From Octopus sinensis (lineage: Eukaryota): a stretch of DNA of 64,000 bases. Made by a program: the position numbers and the translations under genes. Under the pieces are notes generated by a model that had not been told where the DNA came from, did not search any database, and saw nothing but the letters and a program-made list of their open reading frames with translations. The stretch lies in assembly GCF_006345805.1 (NCBI RefSeq), contig NC_043005.1:62310001-62374000 (forward strand), written 5' to 3'. Positions 38,875-51,555 of this stretch are shown here, one piece after another (the first letter of the stretch is position 1; each line of letters starts with the position of its first letter).

Positions 38875-41800
38875 TCAGTGAGGTAAGATGTGATTTTTCT
38901 GAGGTCCATGTGTAGTAGTTTGTGTTGAAATTTTTAAAGATTGTTGCTCATTTGTTTCATTTGTTAATTGTGTGAGACCCCTCTTGTTAACTAGAAGGGG
39001 TCTGTTGTTGAGCATTTGCCCTTTTGGGGTCAATTTTGGACTTTTAGTCCTTAAAAAAATGTTTTTCATAAAACGATAAACAAGATGGACTCTGTTGTCA
39101 AGGGGAGTGGCAGTGGCTGTCCTAGCAGCCATTATTGTGTTGATTACCCCCACTGAATAACACCAGTACCAGTACAAACACACAAAACAAAAATATTTCA
39201 GTCATAACACGAATATAGACATCAACGAGAAAAATACAGACATGAACACTGACGACATGGACAAGGAACAGAAAGAAAAAATGACGACTCAACAAGCAAA
39301 CCAGACAAGTGCAGTTTTGCATTGGCCACTGGTCAAACAAAGGAGCAAATGAATCTCACATTAGATGACATAAAAGACATGAAGGAGCTGTTAAGACTGT
39401 CCTCTGAAACACTCCTCAAGACTTAATGAGAGACACAAACAAACAATATGTAATATATAGATTTCTAAATGTAGAAAAAAAAAAAAGGAGTGGAATGAGC
39501 TACTCAACAACAGCTGGAATTGGCACTAAAACCAATATGGAACCAAAAAGACTTACATGACAGTGGACGGCACTTAGGTACTGTGGAAATGTGTTTTGCA
39601 ACAGAACAAGAAGCAAAACAATGCTCCACAGTGCCCCTAAAGACAGATAAACTGCTGCTCATGCTGATATACCTGGGTTGGTGCATAACTAAAGGGAACA
39701 TTGGGGAGATGCCCCCAGAAATAAACATATGCTGGCTGGTGGCAGCTGTCTTCTTAGACACAGAGGACACCACCACAATACTGGAGGTGCACAAGTTGCA
39801 CCAACCAAATTGTTCAGGTCAGGAGATGGAGCTCCCTGTTCAAATTGAACAAGGGAGCATAAATTCCATCCCTGATTCAATAAACCTGCCTGGCGGCAGC
39901 AAACTGCACATTGCTGTGAAGGGCAGAAGGCCAAGATGCTCCTTTTGTGGCAACCAAAGCCATGTCAGGGCCTTCTGCCCTAAGAAGGAGTGGCAACTGG
40001 CCCTTCTGCCAACACCAGTACAGCAGCAGCAGCAGTAGCAATAACAGCAACAACAGCAGCAGCAGAAACCAGTGGTCACCCAAACACCAACACCATCACA
40101 AGCAGCAGCAGCAACAGTGACGATGCCTCTGGCAATCACCAGGGCACCACCAACACGAACAACAAAGACACCAGCTGGAGTACCACCACCACCACCACCA
40201 GCAGTAACACTACTACCAACAGCTACTACAATAGTAGTAGCAGTAACAGATGAACCCCAACAAAATCAATAGCTAGAGAAAATCCCCCTTCCCAACCTAA
40301 ACACCTTGAACTGTTTGAATACTGAGGTTGGGAGGGGAGAGTGGCAGACAGTTCCCCACCACCAAAAAAAAAAAGAAAGGAAAAAGACTAGGGACAGTAG
40401 AAGAGGGGTGCGCAAAGAAGCAGAACTTCCTAACAGCAGCAACGCACACACAACAACCTACACCAACAACACCATCTTCCCCAGCACTACCACCTCAAAC
40501 ACCAACACAATGTACAACACAAATAGACTCCACCAACACCACCAACCTCACAGCCATTAACAGAGATGCTATCCACCTAATAACATATCGTGACGTAACA
40601 TAACATGACAATACAAACACCACAGCAGACTTTGTCTTCCCAACTCACAATGCACCACCATCACACATACAAATTGTAAAACTCACCCAAAACACATGCA
40701 CCACATTGAAAAGAAACTTTCCAAATGTCGTTGGATTTTTTCAAAAGACCTTATCAAAAAGACTTTAAAAACCTTGGCCACCCTACCAGATGACAGTAAT
40801 AGGTAGTGCTCTTCTCTGTTCTAAATATTTACTTTTAGAATAGTGATGCTCAGAACAGGTTGTATAAATGTCAAGGGCCTCAGGTCGCCTTGGAAACAAG
40901 ATCACCTTTTAAATGACCTGAAGTCCCTTAGTGTAGACGAAGCAGCCACTAGTGAATCCAGACTAACCTACCCATGGGATCTCATCACCCATTTCAGTGG
41001 ATACGAGATTTTTCTATCTCTGTGTTAGCTAGGAGGGGGCAGTGGTGCTTTTCCGGAAAGGTCTGAATTTGAAAATAAAGGTAATCTTCCTGGATCCAGA
41101 AAGTAAGTTGGTGGTCCTAAATATGAATAGCAGTGTTGGCAATGCCTTCAGACTGATAGCTGCCTATGCTCTGACAGGAGCAGGGTGGTTTGATTACTGC
41201 AAGCGTCAGGAGGTTTTCCTGGAAGCATCTTGGACTTTAGTGTTAGTAAAGGATTGGAACGCTGTCTTAGGACATTTCGATTGCGTGGGAGTATCTGATA
41301 GGAGATGGAGTGCAAAAGCCTCAAAAACCTGCTCAGACGTTTTTAATTGTTTGACAGGTATTGACTAGATTACCCGAATGTGCCAATGTGGACTTGGACA
41401 AATTGCATTGGGTTATCTAGATCATATTTAGATAGAGTTTTCTGTAGGCCAGCAGATAAAGATAGTATAGGTTGTCCACAATTTCACTTAGTCAGCTACA
41501 CAGACCACAAATTTGTGATCTATACAGTCAACTCAGATAAGCTTCATAGACAGGGTCCTCCTGGTTACTGGAAACTGAACACATTACAGGCATGTCAAGC
41601 TTACAGAGACTGGATTAGTGTTTTAGTTAAGAGTGTATTGACAGGTGCAATCCTCAACAACAACTGGTGGTTTGCTCTTAAAAGGACAATTAGAGCAGAA
41701 TCGATTAGGTTTAGCAAGGCTTTAATAGTGGAGAGAAAAAAATAGAGAGAGATATATTTATAAAGTTAGACGAGGTGCTTAAAACAAGCATCGCAACTGA

Positions 41801-42462
41801 TGTGTTGGCAGTGAGGTTGGCCCTTGACCAATTTTTTGACACCAAACATGAAGGCTGCATATTGTTGAGTGAGTGAGCGGGCGTGGTCGCTGTTTGTAAG
41901 ACTCACTTTCCACAGCTTGTCTTTTTGACTGAGCTGCAGTCTTGGATTAGGCATAGACCTTGAGTACCATCAAGCGCTCACAGCTTTCTGCCAGCCAGGC
42001 AATGCTGTTGGCAGTAGTTCCACTCTAGTGTTCTATTGATGGCTAGTGGAGGGAAAATGCAGCAACATTCTTGGAGAAACTCTAGGTATTGATAAGGATC
42101 AACTAACTGGTTTGTTTCAGAGAACTTTCAGGCCTAGGCCTATGGGTAACTTCCAGAAATCCCTTGCCTGGCAGTGCTACTGAGGGGGCACTGCCTGTTT
42201 GGGATAAAGTCTACAGGCATGGAAGTGTCATCAGCTGGGTTTGCCTGAGGTGTGCGCAGAGCGATGAAACCATTCTGCACACTCTCGTCAAGTGCCCAAG
42301 TGTTGCTGATCTGTGGGTTTATGTTGAACACCTGCTGTCACATGTAGGACAGATCCGGCTCTCAGCTGGATTTTTTATTGTTTTCAAATGTTTACACACT
42401 GTAAAACCCTTTGTCTCATCTTGTGTTGTCTTTTATGTTGTTTTATGTATGCCCTTGTGGTC
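38875..42462 (+). mobile_element. Tx1/L1-clade LINE, internally deleted (ORF1 Gag knuckle, APE endonuclease, C-terminal zinc motif; RT absent)
   Basis: ORF1 CSFCGNQSHVRAFCP (CX2CX4HX4C). ORF2 from 40843: CINVKGL..SYLDRVF..TDHKFV..GYWKLN. At ~41862 it jumps to the post-RT WSLFV..FPQL and CLRCAQSDETILHTLVKCP. Many stops. Confidence 0.88.
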
Positions 42463-42830
42463 AAAATGCTGAGTGGCATTTCATCTGTGTGTAGGTTCTG
42501 AGTTCAAATTCTGCCGAGGTAGACTTTGCCTTTCATGTTAGGGGTTGATAAAATAAGTACCAGTTATCTACTGGAGTTGATGTAAACAACTATCCCCCTC
42601 CCCCAAATTTTAGGCATTGTGCCTATAGTAGAAAGAATTATTATTATTAATATTATTATCATCATCAAGGTGGCAAGTTGGTAGAATTTTTATTGCACCA
42701 AACAAAATGCTTAGTGGCAATTCTTCCAGTTTTACATTCTGAGTTCAAATGCTGCCAAGGTAACTTTGCTTTTTACCCTTTCAGGGTTGATAACTAAAGT
42801 ACAAACTCAGCATCCTCTGTCTAAAATTGC
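42463..42830 (+). mobile_element. Two partial SINE family 2 (Meta-type) copies
   Basis: GTTCTGAGTTCAAATTCTGCCGAGG..GACTTTGCCTTTCAT..GATAAAATAAGTACCAG at ~42495, and again at ~42735. Confidence 0.75.
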
Positions 42831-45800
42831 TGTCCTTTATTATTAATATCAATTTTTTGGTTGGCAAACAAATCTAATTGGAACAATTACACATTCCCAG
42901 ATTTTGAAGAAATTATTAAAACAACATCTTGCTTTCAGTTTGGTTTGATTTGTTTAGCTTTTACTCATTTCCTTTAATTTAGAAAATGGTCATATATTAA
43001 ACAAATTTGAACATAACTAATCTGCACTCAATAAAGTAAGAATGATTAGTTCTCAGAGTTCTGAGGTGCTTTGCTTTGGCATGCAGTTGTGTACAGTGTC
43101 ATTTTGAGCATATTCCTGTACATAACATATCCTGACATGGTACAAATGGTATTGCTGTTCTAGCTCTAAAAGTTTACTTTTCTATTTATTCAAAGTTTTA
43201 TATGTCCAGCTACCTTCAAACTAAACAGAACTCAAAGTAATCAATGTTTTGTCCAGTCACCTTAAGGACTCTGCAACAAAGAACTTGTCTAAAGTTGTTT
43301 ATTAAATGAAAGGAAGGTAATTCTTAGTGTTCCCAATCAGAACTAAAAGATTAGCTAACTATGGTTTAACTGAGTTTTCTGCCAGAAAAATGTCAATAGT
43401 GCAAAAATACTCTACAATCAAAGTCTGCAGCAATATATTTGGGCAATTTTTTTCCGTTTTTGTTTTTGCATAGTTCAAGGGATTATATATTTTAGTTTCT
43501 ATCAAAATCTATGCAGGCTATTCATGTACACACATTGCAGTTTTGTTAGAGTTCTCAAATACTATATTGATTTTACTCATCTTTTCTAAATCATATTAAC
43601 CAAAATAGTAACTTCATCTATGGAATGAATGTAGTGTAGAAAAATGCTATTTTTGAGAGGTTTACCTAAAGTTAAGACAGCTGTTTGGATATCATACGTA
43701 CATTGATTTTTTATGAAGTTTTCTGAACAGCAATTCATTGAAACATGAAGTTCTCACCAAAGAATATATAACAAGGAAATTTAATATTTTCTGATAATTT
43801 TCACTCAGTCATGGTTAATGCTTGACTGTTTTCCATAGAAGCATGATATTTCACTTTTCATGGTTAAAGTGATAAATATATAAATAAATAAAATACTAAA
43901 AGATGATGTAAAAGTCTGATAGTAGATAATTCAACAAGAAAATTATCAGACTATTTCAAAATGCTGAGCAACAGCTATCACTGTATTAATAATAAATTAA
44001 ATAAAATCAATAATTCTAAAATACAGGTCTATATATTTTCTTTGTCCGCAAGAAAAATGATACCATCCATTTAATATCTTAATAATTTAATGACAAAAAT
44101 GTAAAGATAATGATTTGTAATATAAAAAAAAACATTGAAAACGTAGTAAAAATGACATGCAAAAGCTATTATTATGGTTGTCTACTGAACATTTTAATGA
44201 TTTTAGTCATAAATTTAAAATTCTATCTCAGATATATTTTGTTTCTTTTAGATTTTAATGGTAGATTTTTTTAGGTATCCTTAGAATAAAAAAATTAAAA
44301 TTATAGACTTTGTTCAGGTATTTTAGAAAAGAATGATAGCTAATAAAAATACAAAGGTAAAAAAAAATAAGAGCACTTATGACCTTCTAGATCATTAAGG
44401 CTAAAAGTTTCCATAACCCTTTTCATCATTTTCACCCAATGGAACATTTTAACAAAGATTAAAATTTTAGAGTTAAAACTTAAATTTTATTACAGGTGGC
44501 CAAAATGCTATTTTCTATTTTGCACGGTTAAAATAATGTGTTAAATGAAGAAAACATTAAAACCATATTTATATATAAATTTTAAAATGATGAATCTTAA
44601 GTTGCCATAATAAAATTTAAAAAAAAAAAAAAAAAAATACAGTTGGCTTTGTCACCAAATAAAACCAAATAATAGGTACAAAAATAAAACCAAATAATAG
44701 GTACAAAAATAAATAACAGAAAAAAAAAACAGAACAAGAGAAAGTATGAATTTGATTTGAAGCTAAGCTAATTCAAGAATTATTCCTGTTGAAAAAAAGT
44801 GAGAAAATAAGTTTAGAATGAAGATTCAATATAAAATAAATGTCTTTAAGTCAGTCTATTCAATAACATATAAGAACAAGTTACTAAGTATTGCAATCAA
44901 TTCATGACTAAAATGTATAAAAATTAGTTGAAGTTGTATTCATTTAATTAAAATAATTCCATATGGAAAGATATATTTTTCTGTTGGAAACTTTCCTAAT
45001 TATCGAACAGTGCACAAAATAATGCATATTAGTTAAATTTTAATTACTGTCCCTGAGTGCATTTGAATTCTAATGAAACTATTTTCTGAGATTATGCATG
45101 TGCATGCACACACACACACAGACACACACACACACGCACACACATACACACACACACACAAAACTAATCAAATAAGATATTAAATCACTGTAAATTAAAT
45201 TTTGTTAAGATATAAAATAAGAGAATCTGCAATATTTAGTAAATCATTTAACATTTTTTTATCCGTATTTAAAAAATGATTTTATCTTTCTATACCAAGA
45301 ATTGGCTTGATACCCCAACAATTCTTTTTATCATTTTGCAGTAATATTTTTTATCAGGCATTTATTCTATAGACCATAGCTATTTCATTAATCAGTATTT
45401 GGTCTCCTTTTACTTAGTTCATCAGATATTCTAGGTCTGTAGTACTTGCTAGTAGTTATTAGTTTCTGTCTTGTCCTTAGTGTTTCATTTTACTTTTCAA
45501 TTCACTATCTATGGATTCAAACTCACTGCAGTGTATCTGACAACTGATATTTGTTTGTGAAATTGACACACAAAGCATATTTTCATAGCTTTTAGAAATT
45601 CACTTTGTTGTCAAACTATTCTATGCTCGCCACCATGAAAATATAGTTGAACACTAACTGTATGAAAGTAGTAATTGTGATTTACATCTGCATTTGCTGG
45701 TTCTTTTTGTTTACTTTTTGCTGACTTACATTGCCCATTTACTTCATGATCATAAGTCCATTGCTTTCATTTGAAGTGCAATTGTGAAACCAATTTGAGT

Positions 45801-47847
45801 ACTCAGAAACTTGCCAGAGGTCAGATATTTCAATCTTGCCACTACTGTTGTGATGAATCTGTGGCTAGATACTTAAATCATACTGTTTAAATTTGGTTTG
45901 CTCTAAGAAAGTGACAACAGTGGCATAATTCACAGTAAAACTTGACTTTTTATCTGGTAGTGCTGAGTAAAGTTCTGTTTGCTGGGAGAGTAATGGGTGA
46001 CTGGCATTTTATTAAAAGAATAGTTAACTCTTATTTTCTTAAGGCCATGGGTCAAATTTAAGCATTTCTTAGTTGATTGCAGAAACTTTGAAGGCTTAGA
46101 ACCGTTCTCATTAAACTCATGTATACTATTAGAGCTCTAATTGCATACATCACATTAATGAATATATATAAAGAATTCCGTATCACTGATAACGATAATT
46201 CCTTTGTTTTAATAAATTTAACAACAGGCATTGCCTGTTGAAAATATATTAAATTCATATTCTATTTGTAGCAAGTTTATAAATTCGTTCTGCATCGTGT
46301 CCTCTTCAAAAGTATTGTTTTCTTAAAGATCTAGTCAACTGAATGAAGTATTTGAGTTAACTTATATTAGTATATCCAAGTAGAAATTTGTTTTATTTAT
46401 AAGTAGCAGAAAATAGTATCAGAAGCTATAAGATTTAACAAAGAATGAAACTGACTTTAGTAATTCTTGTGATTTGTGCTCTGGCTGTGAGTATTCAAGA
46501 AAATAGAGGAAAATGCCCACTATAAAAATTATAACACAATGATACCTTTTAAATTAATAGTAATGAACTAAGATCAAAATGCTTAATGTAAGGTTACAAT
46601 GAATCCCTCAAAGAGTGCAGTATAAACTCAGATATAGTAAATATCTTATTTATCATACAAAGAAGTTAGCTTAAAGGATTATTTTTGTAGAATAGATATC
46701 ATGTAAAAGAATAAATAAAATAAAACTAACAAAACCTTAAGGAACGTGTGGAAATCAGATTAATTGTTATTTTAAGAAGTTTAGAGAAAGAAATAAGCTG
46801 CATAATCTGTGCTTGAAAGCATCTTAATTCACTGTTCCAACAACCAGATATGAAGTAATAACGTGACATCTAATAATCAATAATTAAAACAAACATCCAT
46901 AATAAATTAATCAAATTTTACACCAACATAAGCCTATGTTACACACAAACACACACACACACATATTAGAAGAATATCTCCCAAAACCTGATAAACAGTA
47001 GTAGCCTCACTTATAATATTACAGAAATTTATGTTTATAAAAGCCTTAAATAATTTCATTGATATAAGTTTATTCCATATTTTCATAGATAATTTCTTTT
47101 AAAGCAGACTGCAATACCAGTCATGAAAAATTGAGGTCAAAATTGTTGAATGGTAAATACCATTATTTAAACTAGCATGTAACTCACTCAGTTTAGTCGT
47201 TTATTTGCTCTGTTGGTTACATTATCTTATATTAGTAAAAATTATTGATTTGAAGCAATATGATTAATATAAAAAAAGTTTATTAAAAGAAAGCACAGAG
47301 TCAAAGTAGTAAGAGAAAAGAAATGTCAAAATGAATTTTTTTTTCAGAGAGATGACAATTTCAATTTTTCTGTTTATTTGCTGAGTCTGGAGAAATTTTC
47401 AGTGCCCATGCCCTTTATAAGCTCTGTAAGAAAGGTAAACTTGATGCTGTTAATGTTCCATTTAAATTATTATAGCTCAACACCTACAGGGAAGATATCA
47501 GCAAGGGGGTGGGGAACCTTTAGAGCAATGATGTTTTGGTGAGAAGACATTGGGAATAGTGGTTAGTGTGGAGCTGATGGGGAGTGGGGACACAACAAGA
47601 ATGCTCAGAAATAAAGAGAACAAGTGGGTTTGGGGTACCTGTGTGGAGAAGGCACAGGAGTAGCCAGCTCTGACCACATTAAAATGGGACTGAAACTAGA
47701 TTGCAAATCAGGATTCACAGAAACTATTTCTATTTCTTAGTACTAATAGAATTACAAGCAAAACAGTAGCTGTGCATCAATTATCATGAACTTACATACA
47801 TACATGTACACAAACAATAACATAAGTAGCAGTAGTTTTTCAAACTC

Positions 47848-47890
<43 letters not shown>

Positions 47891-47904
47891 CTTTTCTACT
47901 CTTG

Positions 47905-48105
47905 TCATAAGGCCTGGATTTTGTGGGAGGGGGTTAGTCGATCACATTGACTCCAGGACTCAACTGGTACTTAATTTATTGACCCTGAAAGGATGAAAGA
48001 CAAAGTCAACTTTGGCGGCATTTGAACTCAGAATGTAAAGACAGATGAAATACTGCTAAGCATTTCGACCAGCATGCTAATGGTTCTGCAAGCTCACCAC
48101 CTTTA
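47905..48105 (-). mobile_element. SINE family 2 (Meta-type) between (TAA)n tracts
   Basis: Reverse complement of the 10538-10770 head and core. Confidence 0.8.
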
Positions 48106-48124
48106 ATATTAATAATAATAATAA

Positions 48125-48249
48125 GCAGTACCAGGCAGTGGCTCTCAGCAGTACCAGGCAGTGGCTCTCAGCAGTACCAGGCAGTGGCTCTCAGCAGTAC
48201 CAGGCAGTGGCTCTCAATGCCCTGATGCAGTACCAGGCAGTGGCTCTCA
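48125..48249 (+). repeat. Tandem 23-bp repeat GCAGTACCAGGCAGTGGCTCTCA (4 contiguous copies plus 1)
   Basis: Exact copies at 48125, 48148, 48171, 48194 and 48227. Confidence 0.95.
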
Positions 48250-48771
48250 TGGCTTCTGATCTTAACTGATTGGAAGTGTTATCATGTACATTGTTTTGTC
48301 TTGGTATAAAAGATGGGCTACAGCAAATATTCTGCTCAATACCACAGATTTGCTTGTCAGTTGTTTGACCTTAACCAGTTGATCATGTCCCTTAGTGGCT
48401 GACGATATGTGCATCTCTGATCACGAGCAGAAGTAGTGGGGGAGCATCATAGCCATGTGTTGAGAGGGATTCTTTGGGGTTTGAATAATCACCTCTGGAA
48501 ACATGGGTGGTTCTTTCAACATCCTTAAACAACCCTTATTCAGGGACCTTTTGAGTGGGATGGGCTACTCAACCTGAAGAAAATTCTAACTGGGCCCCAC
48601 CTGCAAGGTCATGTGCTGTTTATCTTGATATGAGATCACCATGTTGCGCACATATGGTTGTGATGCATGTGCCTGGTGTACCCTTATCAGACGGGTAGTC
48701 ATGATGGGTATATTGGGCTTTGTATATTTTACCCCAGTGTCACTTTGATGGCATGCACTGCTCTCTCACTC

Positions 48772-48775
<4 letters not shown>
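48125..48775 (+). mobile_element. LINE 3'-end-type repeat flanked on both sides by (TAA)n (possibly Dong/R4 3' UTR)
   Basis: Second copy at 38385-38790; ends CTCTCTCACTC(AAT)n. Clade assignment is inference from the (TAA)n context only. Confidence 0.6.
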
Positions 48776-48812
<37 letters not shown>

Positions 48813-49504
48813 TAAATCCTGAATTATAAAAATATTAAAAAAATAATATGAATGCCTCAAATTTATAGAAAATTATATATCAGAATGTTGATTTTGACAG
48901 TAATTTTTGAAAGTAAGAAGACAGAATCAGCTATTGATTAAATAGATTTGGTGTTAATCACTAATAGTTGAATGGACTATGTTCAGTGAAGTAGAGAAAA
49001 CGAAATGTTATTAACAACATTAAATACTATCTACAATGAAAATACTCCTACTTTAGGCATATACAGCGAGTATGATGAGAAGAGAAATGGATAGATAAGG
49101 ATTATGGATGAATAAACACAGATAATTGGAACATGTGTTAATGAGAACACAGGAGAATATATGGAGAGCAATTGTTATATGTTGATTGGAGAATGTGGGA
49201 TATTCTGTATTTTTATAGTTTAGCCAGAGGAGGAAGGGCAGTGCTGCCCATGTTCTAATTTCTAAGACATGTAGTAGAAATGCTTGTATATCTATATGGC
49301 AATATTAAACAGAGTAGTGCTATATAAAATCAGTAATAGCTTCCTCGATGGGTTTTCATTTTTTATCTACCAAAAATTGTTCATGAGGTTAATATAGAAG
49401 ATATATGCCTAAGGTTTACTGTAGATGAATTCAATCTGAAACCACACAGCTGTGAAGTAAATTCCTTAAATATATGACCATGACTGCACTGTTTTACCTT
49501 TACT

Positions 49505-49695
49505 AAAGCAGTGAGCTGGCAGAATCATTAGCATGCCAGGTAAAACGCTTAGTGACATTTTGTCTGTAAAATTCTGCTGAGGTTGTCTTTCATCCTTTCA
49601 GGGTTGATAAAATAAGTACCAGTTGAGTATTGGGATTGATGTAATCAACTTATTCCCTTCTCCGGAATTGCTGGCCTTGTGCCAAAATTTGAAAT
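49505..49695 (+). mobile_element. SINE family 2 (Meta-type)
   Basis: GTGAGCTGGCAGAATCATTAGCA...CATCCTTTCAGGGTTGATAAAATAAGTACCAG. Confidence 0.8.
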
Positions 49696-50062
49696 AAGTA
49701 TTTACCTTTGCTCCTGCCTTAACCATGCAGCAGTGCCTTGCTCTATATTTTAACCATGTAGCCACAATTATGCCCATATTTTAAACACATAGCCTTGCAT
49801 TTATCCATTTCATGGCCTCACAACCATATCTTCATCCATGTTTTAAGCATACACCCATGCTTTTATCTGACTTGAACTACACAGCTATGGCCTCACCATG
49901 TAACTTAGGCTTTTTAACTTCATATCTAAGCTTACATTGATATCTTAACCACACATACATTCCTTCATCCATGTCAAAACTATATAGCTATGGTTGAATC
50001 TATAAAAGCTGCTGCTGATTAAGTGTTTACTATAGAAAAAACTGGTTAAATGTATTAATATA

Positions 50063-50325
50063 AAGTTCTATATTTAAGAGATGAGGAATTATTTACGTTA
50101 TTAACATTTTATGGATATTTGTCCTCTTGTTTGTTGTTAACACTTTTCAGCTGATATACCCTCCAGCCTTCATCAGGTGTCTTGGGGAATTTTCGAACCT
50201 GGGTTCTCATTCCTAAGGTATTTTTTGATGTTATTTTTATTATTATTAATTATTATTCAGGTCACTTCCTGGAATCAAAGTCAGAATGTTGGGGTTAGTA
50301 GCCTGTGCTCTCGACCACTATGCCA
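50063..50325 (-). mobile_element. Left arm of head-to-head inverted tRNA-headed, hammerhead-like element (family A)
   Basis: Minus strand: A-box TGGCATAGTGG, tRNA-like head, (TAA)n, body, then AGACAC-CTGATGA-AGGCTG-N10-CAGCT-GAAA-AGTGTT. Confidence 0.8.
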
Positions 50326-50327
50326 TG

Positions 50328-50558
50328 GGCATATAGCATAGTGGTTAAAAGCATGGGCTACTAACCTCAAGATTCCGAGTTCGATTTCAGGCAGGGACCT
50401 TAATAATAATAATAATAATAATAATAACAACATCAAAAATACCTTAGGAATGAGAACCCAGGTTCGAAAATTCCCCTGATGACGGCAGGAGGCTATATCA
50501 GCTGAAACGTTGAGTTAAGAACAAACAAAATGAGAACAAATATCCATCAAATGTAAAT
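50328..50558 (+). mobile_element. Right arm of head-to-head inverted tRNA-headed, hammerhead-like element (family A)
   Basis: A-box TAGCATAGTGG (50334-50344), B-box-like GTTCGATTTC (50379-50388), (TAA)n, body, then CTGATGA-CGGCAG-N10-CAGCT-GAAAC-GTT-GAGTT (50476-50516). Confidence 0.8.
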
Positions 50559-51189
50559 AATGTATTAATATATTTTATAAATAATAAAATAAAAGGAATT
50601 ACAGCAATAGTCAAAGATGATGAAACCGTGTCATTTCTTTTGACTAAAAGCAATGAAATAATTTCATATCACAGAGTAAATCAGGGATATTTTTAACAAT
50701 AGATCGGAAATTTTAAAATGATTAAAGAGTAAAGTTTAGTGAACTAAAAGTGGTAGACATTTTTAATGTGAAAATAGTAAATCAAAAAGGTATCTTATAC
50801 TCATTATTATTAATTTAGTTAATTGCAGTGAAGATAATGAGAAAGTGGAAAACTGAAGTAAATATTCTGCAAAAGGCATACTGACAAAATTTTCAGAGAC
50901 ATCTCCATTATGAAACATTTCCATTATGAGTTCAACTCCTGCTGTTGTTAACTTTATGATGTTCTTAAAGAATTGATAGAATAAGGTACCAGCCAAGTAT
51001 TGGGTTGAATTAATTAACTGCATCCCTTCCCAAAATCTGTCACCCTGGGCCAATATGAGAACTCAATTGTCAGAGAAGTTTCATTCCATCAATAGAGAAG
51101 CTGCATCGCATCATGAACTAATCTAAGCTGCGTTCCATCATAAACTAATCTATCACCTTACTCAGTTTACATTAGTTTTTTTTTTACTG

Positions 51190-51555
51190 TACATCAACAT
51201 CAAAATAAAAATCAATGGAAATTGTAGTTGTCATACCCGTGCCAGTAGCACGTAAAAAGCCCCATCTGAATGTGGCTGATGCCAACGCTGCCTTGACTGG
51301 TGTCCATGCTGGTGACACATAAAAAGCACCAACCGATCGTGGCCATTTGCCAGCCTCCTCTGACCCATGTTTCCATGACATGTAAAAAGCACCCACTTCT
51401 CTCATGGAGTGGTTGGCATTAGGAAGAGCATCCAGCTGTAGAAACACTGCCAGATCAGACTGGAGTCTAGTGCAGCCTCCTGGCTTCCCAGAACCTGGTC
51501 GAACCATCCAACCCATGCTAGCATAGAAAACGGATATTAAATGATGATGATGATG
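51190..51555 (+). mobile_element. RTE 3' UTR fragment
   Basis: AATGGAAATTGTAGTTGT start as at 12750, minisatellite units, shared tail and (GAT)n. Confidence 0.85.

Noticed and set aside
45500-46350. Slightly coding-looking unique stretch (includes RGHD- and EVNG-like words on the minus strand)
   Set aside because: All frames are broken by stops within ~50 codons, and no consistent family motif could be assembled.
50328-50398. tRNA gene (apparent ACT anticodon, Ser)
   Set aside because: The stems are imperfect, there is no long variable arm, and it is fused to a repeat body and mirrored in an inverted copy. It is a SINE-type head.
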